DNA from: Hydrurus foetidus
Taxonomy: Eukaryota
DNA length: 64,000 bases
Assembly (NCBI GenBank): GCA_900617105.1
Contig: UYFQ01000056.1
Location: forward strand, 62,001 to 126,000
Direction: 5' to 3'
Under the pieces are notes generated by a model. That model did not search any database. It had not been told where the DNA came from and saw nothing but the letters and a program-made list of their open reading frames with translations. Below are positions 1 through 15,252 of the stretch, piece by piece. Position 1 is the stretch's first letter, and each line of letters starts with the position of its first letter. The translations under genes and the position numbers were made by a program.

Positions 1-1685
1 AGCATAGTATCAACTTGTTTACGGATTTCAATTTGTTTCCGTATTGACGTTGGTCGGGGTGCTACACGATTCCTGAATACTTTCCATTCTGGATCCCGTA
101 CGGGTAGTCCAAACGGTGGAATACGTGCAGGTTCCGGCCCGAGTTTGTTGTTGAAAAGCTTAATGTGTTTGACACAGATTGCTCTTATTTTTACTATTTG
201 GTCAGGGGTACCATCGATGTGTATTAAATCGATGAGGTACATTTTATCCTCTGTTGGATTGTCTTGGAAAGGAGCGAAGGTATCCTTCGACTTGTAGTCA
301 ATCTCTTCGGGTCCGAAGGGTTGAACCTCCGGGAGTTCTTCACGCTCCCGGAGTAGAGCAGCAACTAGACCACGCGTTTGAGCTGGTGCCTTGGATGAGG
401 GAGTTGGAGTAGCTAATTCCGGACTCCTGTCGGTTGTTAAACCTAAATCACTGTGTCGGGGAGGTGACAACAAAACTGCTGCCTCGACCGTAGAGTGCAC
501 AGTGAACTCATCTAAAACAAGTTGAGCCGCTGCCGCAGCTGAACCTGTGGGACACCCGCATGATGCAGTGCATGTCTTGCTTGTACAAGCACCTCGAGCC
601 ACCAGGTCGTCTTGCCATCGACTGTCTGCGTCTGAGGGTTTTATCCCCTCCTGGCTAGTTATAACCAGAGGTATGTTGTGTGTGTTTTTATTTTGTTGCG
701 TTGTGTCAGTGTAGGTGACGACATGTTCAGGTTCTGCATATAGCAGCTGTACTGGAATAGTTGTAAGAACGTCCGTTCTCGACTTTTGTAATTGTTTTGA
801 CGTCGGATGTGGAAGAAGTTCTGTTCCGATTTGATCTACATTTTGGAAGAATTCTGGAAGAATTTTTACCAGGTTGAGATCTTTGATTGTTTTTAATCCG
901 AGGATTAAATCGACTTTGGAGTCTTCCGCAATTCGGACAGGAAGAGCGAAAGTGTATTTGAGAAAATCTTTTTTAAATGATACAACAATATCAAGCACAT
1001 GTGTAGATTCAATACATTGATTATTTAGACCGGAACACATCCATAAGGGAGAGTCCGTTGTGCGCAAGTGGGGTTCGCCTTGCAGGTCCCGAAGGACTCT
1101 ACGGTTGACTACGTCCCCAACTTGGCATCCGGTGTCGAGTTGTGCGAGAGCGGCCAAGTCGTTACTTGGGCTCGTATTTGTTGGAGGAGGAGGATTTCCC
1201 GGAGGTGTTGTTGTCGTCCCGGCGGTTGTCTTTGTCTTTCGCCGAGTCGCGCGACTCTTCCTTGCGGGAGTTGTCACGGTCGCGATCGTTAGCGCGGTGG
1301 TTGGGACGGTAACCGGGGATCGGATCTGTGGTAGAGATATTGTTACTTGTAAGTAATCGTCTATGTTTTCAGGTAATATCGCTGATAGTAGTTGTGTCAT
1401 GTTTAGAATTTTCTGACTGTCGTCAGAATGCAATGTATGACAACTTACTTTTGCCTTTGTATCCGAACTCTTGGCAGGTTTTGTTGTTGACGTTTCCGCG
1501 GCTACGGTTTGCGTCACGATCGGTGTTGCGGTCGTTGGCGTTGTTGTTGTTGCGTTCGTTATCGCGATCGTTGTTGGTACGATCCGACTTCGCATTGTTG
1601 TTGTTGTTGTTGTTGTTGTTTTTGTTATTGTTGTGTTTGTTTTTGTTGTTGTTGTCTTGGTCAGCAACGGAACTCGGACGCTATG
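1..1685 (-). mobile_element. Ty3/gypsy LTR retrotransposon pol ORF (aspartic protease and the start of RT); runs off the left edge of the window
   Basis: Manual translation of the minus strand is open from 1685 to base 1; the ORF track misses it because there is no stop in the window. It contains DYLQVTISL...LAALAQLDTGCQVGDVV...VDLILGLKTI (retropepsin LDTG and ILG motifs). It ends PARIPPFGL...WKVFRNRVAPRPTSIRKQIEIRKQVDTML, typical of the region just before a gypsy RT core. Protease followed directly by RT is the gypsy order. Confidence 0.85.
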
Positions 1686-1742
1686 CTAAATGATCAGTAG
1701 GATGTGCTCCTTCGAAAGAACTGTTCGTGTTATGTTGGCGGC

Positions 1743-2382
1743 TGTAAAAAGTGAAGATTAGATTAAGATGCTTTCCCCCCGATTTCGGGAGAAAATTGAT
1801 GGAAAGTTGAATCGGACGGTGGAGCTCGCAGGACACGAAGTTGGGCGCGACGTCTGTAGGCTTTCGTTTACGAACGAATTTGATGTTTTCACTTGCTTAC
1901 AAGTTACTCGCTTGCGTTCTCCTTCAAGTTTTGAATGGAGCAACGATTTAAGTCGGAAAAAGTCGTCGAGACGAACTTTTTACTGGAAGCGTTTCAGAGG
2001 CTGTCGCTTTGACAGAGCCTTTGTAGTGTGTTTTTATGATGTTTTCACTTATAAAAGTTACTCGCTTGGTGCGGCACGCCTTTGAAAAGGACGCTGCCGA
2101 CTTTTTTTGGATGTTTTTGGAAGCTGGTCTCGTAGAGAGATCCTAGCTGATTCCAAATACCGGTATTGTGGTCTCACTAGGACTCTGGGCTGGAACGGAG
2201 GGCTGCTAGAACGCGGGCGAAGGAAAGGGGGTGATGGGGCTGGTGCTATGGATAGCAAAGTGGTTAGCTTACAGATAAACACTGCAGGTATCATGGCAAT
2301 GAATCGTGTGGATCGGATCGTCCTCGATCCGATCCGAACGTACGCCTGTACCCGTACCGCCCGTACGGGTGTACGGGTCACA
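1743..2382. mobile_element. LTR-like segment (~640 bp), unrelated to the LTR at 7244-8313
   Basis: Begins TGTAAAAA and ends GGTCACA (TG...CA). TATAAAAG near 2050. Internal duplication TGATGTTTTCACTT...AAGTTACTCGCTTG at ~1881 and ~2037, and hairpins near the right end. The Helitron reading frame starts abruptly at 2383. Confidence 0.45.
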
Positions 2383-4573
2383 GGACCTGAGAAGTGCTCT
2401 AAAATATTTGACTTTCTGGATTTTCTCAATGTCAGAAATTCTTTATGAGTTGCATTTGTTGGATCGAAAGAACAATATGAAGTAAACAGAAAAGGTATGA
2501 TTATGTCATGTGGTGAATTAAATGTTAGAACCCAAAATGTTTACAATTGGTTAAGAATGCTGAAGCAATGTAACCCAAAGTATTGGAATATAACAATCAA
2601 TGAGAGTGATGCATGTAAATTATTATTAAATAATTTAACAAAGGAGTTATTAGACAACATTGAAATAGTAGACAATGAAAGCTCAATTGATATAGAAAGA
2701 GTAGTAACGTCAGATACAGCAGAAGTTCGGCGCATGAATATTAACGAAAATACAAATAAAGCCGAATTAAATAATAGCAGTATTAGTGCATCAAAAATCA
2801 ATCCTATTGGTAACACAATGTTGTATAATAACAACGAACGAACTGAAAATTTACTAAAACAAAAAGTTATCAATTGAATATGCCAAACATTATTACCTAA
2901 ATTAATTAAAGTTAACCGATCATCCGATCCAATTAATGAATTCGTTAATAATAGTAATCTTTACTAGGGACCATTTCCTAATTTGTTTATAATGGGAACT
3001 TTTGGCAAAGGAGTAAAAATTGATGGACATTACCTAAGAAATACGTTAGGCATCTTCTATATCAAAGGTAACTATTAATGACTCACAAAATCAGCAATAA
3101 AATTACATTAGAAATTAATTTTTTCCTCTTTTAACTAGAGGTCATGCAAACTTGCACAAGATCCAAAATTCACATTGACGACTTTCAACCAACAACAGCG
3201 TCATGAAATAGCATTAGTAGTCAGCAATACTCAATTATTGAATTAGGAAAAACACTATTATGTCCGTTATATCTAAATAGCACAGAAAAATCCAACGAAT
3301 AAAGAAGCAAAAGAAACCTCAAAATTAATTGATCCCTTGTTGAGAATAACAGGAAATAAAGTCCATTGATCACCAGATGAAAGAAAGGGTGCAATAAGTG
3401 CATTAAAATCAATGATTCAATTTTATGGTAATTCTAGTATCTTTTGTGCATTTGCACCAGATGATATACATTTTTTACTCCCATAAAGAATGTGCTGTCC
3501 GAGAAAAAATGGTAATAATAAATTCCCTTCCATAGATGATGGTTTTGAAGAATACATAACAGTAAAAAATTTACCAAAAAAACTATGAAAATATTTTAGA
3601 CGATTCTATTGATATAAGTGAAATGAATTTACATTATCTACTATCAAAAAACCTAGTAGCGGCCGCAGAAATATTTAGAATAACTCTGGAAACTATATTT
3701 GAAATACCATTTGGTATACAACCAGAACACTGTAATAAAATAACAATTCCTACTTCAAGTCGTAATAAAGGTATATTTGGTAATACAAGAGCAGCATACA
3801 CAGTTACAGGAGTACAAGGTCGACTTAGTCTTCATAGTCACATGACTGTATGGACATCATTATCACCAACAATAATTCAACGTAGTATACATTGCAAAGA
3901 CTAATTGAAATCAGTTAAAGATGTTATTAAATCCCAAATTGCATCAAGCATTCCTTTAATATGTCACATAACAGCATTGGCCCGACAAGCAACACCTCCA
4001 GATAAACGTAAATCAGATGAACCTAGAAGAACATGCTGTGATTGTCCTATACCCAACTCGACTGACGAACAATTCCAAGATCATGTCTTTCGTTTTATAA
4101 ATTCAACTTCAATACATCAACATTCACCAACTTGTACAAAAGGACCACTATGTTATATAGGTTGCCGATTGTCATACCCCTCGGAATGTAATAAAGGAAA
4201 CGAGGTTACTATTAAAGAACTAAAGCTAAATCAGGTAAAAAATTGCGATATCAATTCAAAAAGAAAACACTCTAAATTTGTGTAGAATACAGAACAATAA
4301 ACTTAGAAAATATTAAATATATTAACTATGAAAGTAAAACATTGATTCAGAAGAAATCTTTGGATATACCAGATGATACGTGCATAATATTAGAATTTGA
4401 AAAGAAATATTTCTTCCCTAAAAAGAAAAAAATAATTAAGAATTCATGCAAATATGGTCCTCATTAGAAAGTAATTCAAAGTTACAAATATAAGAAGTTA
4501 TTGGAATAAGAAATGGTGGTGTTGTAAATTATTTTCCAACAGCTTCGGGTACCTTAAAATGTAACACAGCCGC
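2383..4573 (+). mobile_element. Degenerate Helitron Rep fragment (DUF6570-like and Helitron_like_N/HUH regions), pseudogenised
   Basis: Broken frames give VAFVGS...LNVRTQNVYNWLRMLKQCNPKY, PINEF...GPFPNLF, DPKFTLTTFNQQQRH, NLVAAAEIF, GIFGNTRAAYTVTGVQGRLSLHSH (HUH motif, consensus E.QGRG.LH.H), HQHSPTCTKG...CRLSYP and RNGGVVNYFPTASGTLKCNTAA. Many stops and frameshifts; much more AT-rich than the flanks. Confidence 0.85.
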
Positions 4574-7187
4574 ACCAACCAACAGGGTTTTAGGGTTAGT
4601 CGTGAGAGATAACCCATATGGATTTTGTCTCGCGGGGTGACAGTAAATGTCGTTGGGGTCCCCGAAAGCCGCTACGTGTAGCTGGAGTTGTCTTACCGCA
4701 TTGACTTGGGAGAAGAAGCGACGCATCGCGAATTCCCAATCGTCCACGTCATACGGGTTGACGCGCTTATGCTCTTTGTATTTGGCGGTGATGGCACTGT
4801 TAAGAGGCATCTTTTTCTCTAAAATAAGAGTGAGTGCGGCATGGTCGGAGGTGCTGAGTGTGCCATGTACTTGTACATGATTCTCAACCACCTCACGAAA
4901 CTGCGTCATGCAGCGCATCTCAATCTCCCTTTTGTTGTAACAGAAGGCGAGATGTACTTCTGAGAAATGCTCCGCCAGTGACTGCCCTAGTTGCGTGTCC
5001 GCGCGAAAGTATCGCAGGACTAAGTGCGCTACTTGAGGGACCGTCAAAGTTTGGAGCCACACTTTACGTGTCTCTTCGGAGTATGGATAATCTTGATCCG
5101 TATGGATCTGATCATCGATGCATCTGACTGCTTTAGTCGAGATGACTTGACCAACATCGTAGTTGTTGGTCCAGCGCTGGGAGTGTTCAAAAAACTCCCG
5201 CGCTGCATCCTGTCCAATAATGCCGGACGCATTCACGTTGAGAGCGTAAAGTACCGTTTGCAGTGCAATAGCGGATATAGGTCGGGAACCATCATCCACA
5301 GCACGTCCACCCACTACAAGCGCTGTAGGGGTCGCACTGGGTGTGGCAAACTGTACCGCGGGTACGTTGATCGGTGACGTACGATCATGTATATACCGTG
5401 GTATCGGTGGTCGTACGGGGTGCGCTGCATTGGGGTCGAGACCGCCCCCCGCAGCTTGCGCACGGAACGCTGCTGTTTGCAGCTCGTAATCGATTATGCG
5501 ATCCGTTGCAGGCAGTACCACGATGTCTGGAGGATCCAAGGGGAGTGGGTTAGGAACCCGAATTTCCCGTGGAATCTCCTGGATGACTCGTTGGGGTTGT
5601 GGGTTGTAATCCGTTTCACCGGTGAACGTACGTACGTATGTAGGCCGTTCCGGTGACCCTGGTGGGGAAGCTTGTCGCTTGCGTGATGTGGGACCCTCTT
5701 GTGGAGGTGACGCGCGTTTGCGAGGAGCGTCCGCTGTGCGGGTTATTGTCCCCACATCTTCGGGGATGCGCGTATCGCGACTCTCGAGCAATCTAGAGTT
5801 GTCGGTTCCGCGTATGGATGCACGTGGAGTCGTACGACTCTCCGTCGTACGTTTGTCCTCATATTGTTTTTCGTTGTACTGACGGCTGTCAGTATTACGA
5901 TTGCCCCTGTTCGAGGTATCATGTTGGCGACGATCGTCCCCTTGGTGATTTTCCCTGGGGGGACTGTCGTCGTAACCCTGTGGGGGTTCTCGACGACTTC
6001 TCCTGTTGGAGTTGTTATCTCCCTGACGGAAATTGTCGTTGTTGTCGTCGCGAAAATTCTCGAAATTGCGAGTATTCGTAGAATAATTCCCCCTGTTGGG
6101 GTTGTCATTACGACGAGAATCCTCGTAATTACGATTATCCCTTTGGGGGTTATCGTTGGGACGTTGGAAGGTGTCTCTGCGATTATCCCTGTTAGGGTTG
6201 TCGTCTTGTTGACGATTATCGTTATCGCGACGCCCGTCATTCTGACGTGGGTTGTCGTCGTTGCGACGATTGTCGCTGTTGCGTCGATCGTCATATTGAC
6301 GTCTGTTATCGTCATTGAATTGGGTGTTGTACCCGCGACGTCCATCGTTGTCGTAATCATGACTGTCGTCATTCTGACGGTAATTGTCGTTATAACGACG
6401 ATTATCGCTCTGACGTTGATTGTCGTTGCGGCGATCATCGTTATATTGACGTCCATCGTTATCGTGACGATTGTCGTTACGGTGCTCCGTACCGTATGAA
6501 GGGCCCGTATTACGGTTGTCCCTGGGAGGGTTGGAGTCATCGTAGTTACGACGATTGTCGTTGTGACTTTGATTGTTGATTGTCATCATTAAAACGTCGA
6601 TAATCGTTGTTGTTTCGATTATCGTCATTGTATTGACGCTGATTAGAATCGTTGCGTTGACGGTTATCGTAACGATTAACGTCACCACCGTCTTCGCTAC
6701 CACTCTGTTGATTCGGAGTGGGCGGATAGTCGCCCGTTGCATCTCCATCAAAGGGATTATTCCGACGGGTTGAGTTGTCGTAACTGTCGAGGCCCTGACG
6801 ATGGAGATACCGTTGCGGGGGTGAATCTATACGGCGGCGAGGGTTCGTATCGCCGTCGTCCTCATCCCGTTCAGTGTCGCTGTTATGGCGTGTCTGTTGA
6901 CGGTTTGCGTCTGACGAACGCAACGTGACATTGTCTTGTTGTCGCGTTGTGTGAACGTCGTCGTCGTCGTCGTTATGACGATTAGGCGGCGCCTGATTGG
7001 AACTGTTGGTAGGTCCCAGTATTGTTACTGGGAATACCGGTCGATCAGTTCCATCAGACGCAGCTACTGCTGTCGGCGCTGTTGGTGTCGACTGAGTTTT
7101 TGAAACTGTCGTCGCTGCCGGAACTACTTGAGTAGTTAATTCGGCGAGCGACGGCGAGATCTCCGAAGAGTCATCGGATAACGGCAT
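4574..7187 (-). mobile_element. Gag-like region of the gypsy element, with a frameshift near 6575
   Basis: ORFs 6546-7187 and 4529-6751 share an N/D/R-rich repeat composition (NDDRRND) that changes frame at ~6575. A Pro-rich linker and a helical capsid-like region follow. It lies between the LTR/PBS and pol on the same strand. Confidence 0.65.
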
Positions 7188-7225
7188 CGTTAAATGACTT
7201 ATGTCTTGACAATTTTAAGTAGCGA

Positions 7226-7235
7226 GGAGTCGCCA
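7226..7235 (-). promoter_or_regulatory. Primer-binding-site-like sequence TGGCGACTCC
   Basis: The minus strand reads ...CCTTGCA AATTTTTT TGGCGACTCC, ~40 nt upstream of the gag ATG at 7187. TGGCGAC-type PBSs are complementary to tRNA 3' ends. Confidence 0.45.
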
Positions 7236-7243
7236 AAAAAATT

Positions 7244-8313
7244 TGCAAGGGCTTCGCCTCGTGCCGTTTGGATGAAAATCAAACAGACGATTAGGCGAAG
7301 TAAAATAAGTCAAGTAAGTTCTGGACGGATGAATGAATCAATCCGTACAAAATGAGCCGGGATTGGGAGACTTGCTCGACCAACCACGAGAACGGCGTGG
7401 AAGACAAAGCTATCCACGGACGTCGATCAAGCAAGCTTGAAGCGAAAGTTGGGCAGAAGTTAACTGAGTTAACTCTGCACAAAGGTATGGGATTGCTGAG
7501 ATGAAACTCGAGCAACCACAAGATAGTCAAGTATCGGGAGATAAATCTCAATCCGAGTGACTAAGAGAACGGCGTGGAAGACAAAGCTATCCACGGACGT
7601 CAATCAAGCAAGCTTGAAGCGAAAGTTGGGCAGAAGTTAACTGAGTTAACTCTGCACAATGGTATGGGATTGCTGAGATGAAACTCGAGCAACCACAAGA
7701 TAGTCAAGTATCGGGAGATAAATCTCAATCCGAGTGACTAAGTTTACGGCAACCAGACTTCGGAGACTTGCTCGCGACAGTAAGAATTGCCCGTAAACGA
7801 GAATTTCGAATAGAATTCGACATTCTCCACGCAGGTAATCGGTATGGGATTGCTGAGATGAAACTCAAGCAACCACAAAATAGTCAAGTATCGGGAGATT
7901 CCGAGTGACTAAGTTTACGGCGACCAGACTTCGGAGACTTGCTCGCGACAGTAAGAATTGCTCGCAAACGAGAATTTCGAATAAAATTCGAGATTCTCCA
8001 CGCAGGGTAATCGGGAGAGTTAGGGCAGCAGGGTAGCGTAGAGGATGGTAGCTTAGAGTAGGAGGATAGGGTCTAAAGAAGAGAAACTAAAGGAAGTAGA
8101 TCTACTGTGACCTTGGAAGGCAAAAGAGAAGGGAGGTCTAAAGGCTAAAAGGAGCTTGTTAGTTAGGGTTGAAAGCAGAAGGTACGCTAGTAACTTCTGC
8201 AAAGCAGCACAAACTAGCTAGTGACTGATAGTCGTGGCTGTGAACACGAAGGTACTAAGGTGGAAACAGCATCTAATCGGCTGAATGGGGTAGCAGACCC
8301 TGAGGGAGCCACA
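7244..8313 (-). mobile_element. Putative 5' LTR (~1.07 kb) of the gypsy element
   Basis: The minus strand starts TGTGGCTC at 8313 and ends TTGCA at 7244, just before the PBS-like site. It is non-coding and contains modular tandem repeats. The partner LTR is outside the window. Confidence 0.5.
7388..8013. repeat. Modular tandem repeats in the order A-B-A-B-C-B-C
   Basis: A 177-bp unit starting GAGAACGGCGTGG occurs at 7388 and 7565. Module B (GGTATGGGATTGCTGAGATG...GAGTGACTAA) occurs three times. Module C (GTTTACGGC...GTAATC) occurs twice, at ~7742 and ~7913. Confidence 0.95.
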
Positions 8314-8399
8314 CTACCCCTACTTATCTCTCGTTTTCTCATTTCTCTCTCCCTCTCCCTCTCCCTCTCTCTCTTTTGTGTCGCATGACCATAGAATGT

Positions 8400-9030
8400 A
8401 CCGCACTAGGCGGTGCAGCTTGTCCACGTCGTCACCGGGTCTCTCTGATCGCTAGGAAGGCAACGGTTACGAGACACTCTGATTTTACCCTCTTGGCCAC
8501 GCAGACTAGTTGGACTGGAACTACGTGATGAAACCATCCGCATACCTCCTCCTTTACCATGACAGCATCAGGGCGAGTCTCAAGCAGACCTTCTGTTGCG
8601 GGTGTCTTGGCTATGCCCTGCACCCCTGATGACTCGAGCATCTCGTCGATGAACCCGGTCATCGATGACTCACGCGTCGCGAGAGGAATCAAATGCCATT
8701 CCAAGGTAATTCATTAGAGGACCGCGAGCTGGAGTAATTTCCTCATACCTAGCTTTAAGGCCCTCAGTGAGCTCAGCGATCATCGCTTTGCTTTTGCTAG
8801 TGATTAGAAGATTGCCGACGTGTACCATCGCCGTGCACTGCACACCCCTGATGTCCGCACGATTGAATACACATATGTCTCTCTCGTTGCGAGTGTAGCC
8901 AAGTCCAGTCATGGTCTTGCCGAGGTTCTCGTACCATAGTGCTGCACTATCCACACATCCGTTTAGTGCTCGTTTGAGTGGGACCATGGCATGACCCTTC
9001 CTTTGTCGTCCGCATATCGTTCGTACGTGT
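8400..9030 (-). mobile_element. Ty1/copia reverse-transcriptase (RVT_2) relic
   Basis: LKRALNGCVDSAALWY...GYTRNERDICVF...VHVGNLLI...YLGM matches the copia LKKALYG...YVDD...YLG pattern, with YVDD decayed to HVGN. A frameshifted continuation reads AKTPA...AKRVKSECLVTVAFL. Confidence 0.85.
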
Positions 9031-10621
9031 CAATCAGGATTTCAGACGCACAGTTTGAGACAGTGACTCTCTTTACATTGGAGTTTGTGTTGCGATGGAC
9101 GACACGCACTTCGTCTGCAATTATGCACTACAGTCGCACAACATGATAGAACTCTCGGTGAGCAGAAACAGTTTTGAAAGAATTATCAATCCAGATGAAG
9201 ATTCTAATTCCACTTCTGAGGAAAACGAAAATGATATGACCGAATATCGTTAGGAATCATCAATTGAAAATCAAATTCTAATTCAATGTGAATGAGAAAT
9301 CCTGCAGTACGCAGCATAGATCGATTCAGAGCATGAAAATAATGGAAAATTAAATCCTACAGAAAAATCAAAGGTTCGGATATTTCGGTTTTGTTGGGAA
9401 CGATAATCCGTGCGTATAATTACAATAGAGGACACGCACACTACATTGTAAGGTGTGATGTACGATATTGTTGAAGTGTCAGCTAAGCGGAAATATTATA
9501 TTCCCTGACATTAATAGATAATGACCGCTTTTTTGCACTCTGTAGTAGTCAAATATCGAAAATGCTTCCTGAAAATCCCACAACTCAAGAGCATTTTCGA
9601 GCTTAGCGGAGATTCTTCTTTTGATCCACAGTCCGATTCGATGATCTTTTTTATCTCGTGCCAAATTAAGTAAACACGAATATTACATGCGCCTTTTTTT
9701 TTATGCGGTGGGTTTCATCGCAATTGGCACTTCCACTCGAATTGATAGTAATAGATAGTAGATGTGTCGAGTTGACATTGTTGCGAGTACTTTACAGTTG
9801 TTGCGAAAAAGTTCAAAAAGAGCCCCTTCTCTTACCCCAACCTATCCCATTCAATTAAACCTTAATATGAAATATAAATAAGATACGCCCCCAAAAAATT
9901 TTCAATTTTTTCAACTTGGTATCGTGGGAGGTGAAGAATTGTTTAAAATGTTTTTTTGTGTTAGGTAAACATGTTACATTTGATAAATTGACATCTTCAT
10001 TGAACTTAGAAACGCTATGTGTCTCCGGTGTAAAAGGCTGCGCAAAATTGAATTATATATATTGTCTTCTTATGTATTCAATGCAACAGTTTACGCGCTC
10101 TTTCTCACTGTTAATATCCTACTATTTATGTCGTACTATTTATCGGATGTAATGCGAAGTAAATCCGATCCTAACTCCTGACTTGTTTTCTCTCCGTCAT
10201 TTCTCCATCCTGTTTCCTCTGCTATACGCCCTTTTTCATTTTCATACTATTATTGCCCACCTTATTAACGTCACATTTCTGTATTACATGTTCCGTATTC
10301 TATACTTCTCTTTCGCTTCATTTTAATTCCTCTGACTCATCAGAACTCCTCGTGGTGTGTATCGTGACGATAGTCATAGACTGATGCTCAAAGCAACAGT
10401 GAAGGATATCAAACTCTTGCAACTATCAAACCGCACGTGCCGTATGTACCTACGATACGCACGTACATCATCAAATCGTACTATCAAAACGCCATTTCAA
10501 TACTCTCGAACTACGACCAAAGAATGCTGTCCAGTAGTACGATTAAATAATATTATCAAAATGTGCTGTTGGATCTCAAAAATAGTACTGCATTAATTGA
10601 ATTTCATAGAATCAATTCGAA

Positions 10622-14503
<3,882 letters not shown>

Positions 14504-15252
14504 TCAGTTTCTCTCCTTCCTACTGATAATGATTACTTTTTGGATGCTGCTTGTCCCACGAACTGGCGACACTGTTCTTCAATGATTCTCATGATTCGCT
14601 GACCGTACGTTTGAAAACTGTTGACGGCTCTCACGGCCTTTTCCGGCCCATTTTCCGTTTTAGTTCAGTTCCGTATTCCGTATCTGTGCTTTTCTCTCCT
14701 ATCAGAAATGTGTCACTCGCCTGCGATCTACTAGAGTTGCGAGTTTTTGATGAAACTTCGTTCAGACTTCAGATTCAAAAGCCAATGACGAGTTCTACAA
14801 GATAGGGTATCGTAATATTAAATCTTAATTTGTAATTTATTTGCTGCTGGAGGAAAATCCCCCCGCCTCAAAATGCAGCATATTCTATTTTCAGTGATTT
14901 TGTGCAGGATTTCGATATCCGTTTCTAGCTTTTACAGTAGCCATTCTTGTGGAAATTCGAAGGCGAAAATAACCTTGTATTTTCTTTCGTACGAAACACG
15001 AAAATGCAGATTTTAGGTCATTTTTCTCGTATGATAAGGGAAAAAAAGCACGGATACGAAGTTCTTCACTTTTCTCAAGAAAATAGAAGAGAACTTTGTG
15101 GGCCACTTTCACGAAATAAAGAACGTGCGCTCCTTTTTCTCTGATACATTATTATATATGAAAAACTTAACTCGCAAATTTAACGTCAGGAAAATGTGTG
15201 ATACCATTTTTGATTTTTCTTGTGTGGGGTATTTCAAATTTCTTTATACTGT

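Noticed and set aside
1686..1688. Single in-frame UAG between rejoined gag and pol (MuLV-like readthrough)
   Set aside because: Joining 4569 to 1737 puts gag in the pol frame with one TAG. But the Thr-rich text after it is just the alternative reading of (AAC)n, the N/D/R frame matches Gag composition better, and the junction may have lost sequence.
4587..4599. Telomere-like TTTAGGGTTAG
   Set aside because: Fewer than two units, and inside coding sequence.
5743..6540. Long overlapping and antisense ORFs (Thr/Ile- or Val/Ile-rich) over gag; similar ones at 1060-1700
   Set aside because: Stop-free alternative readings of AAC/GAC/CGT repeat codons.
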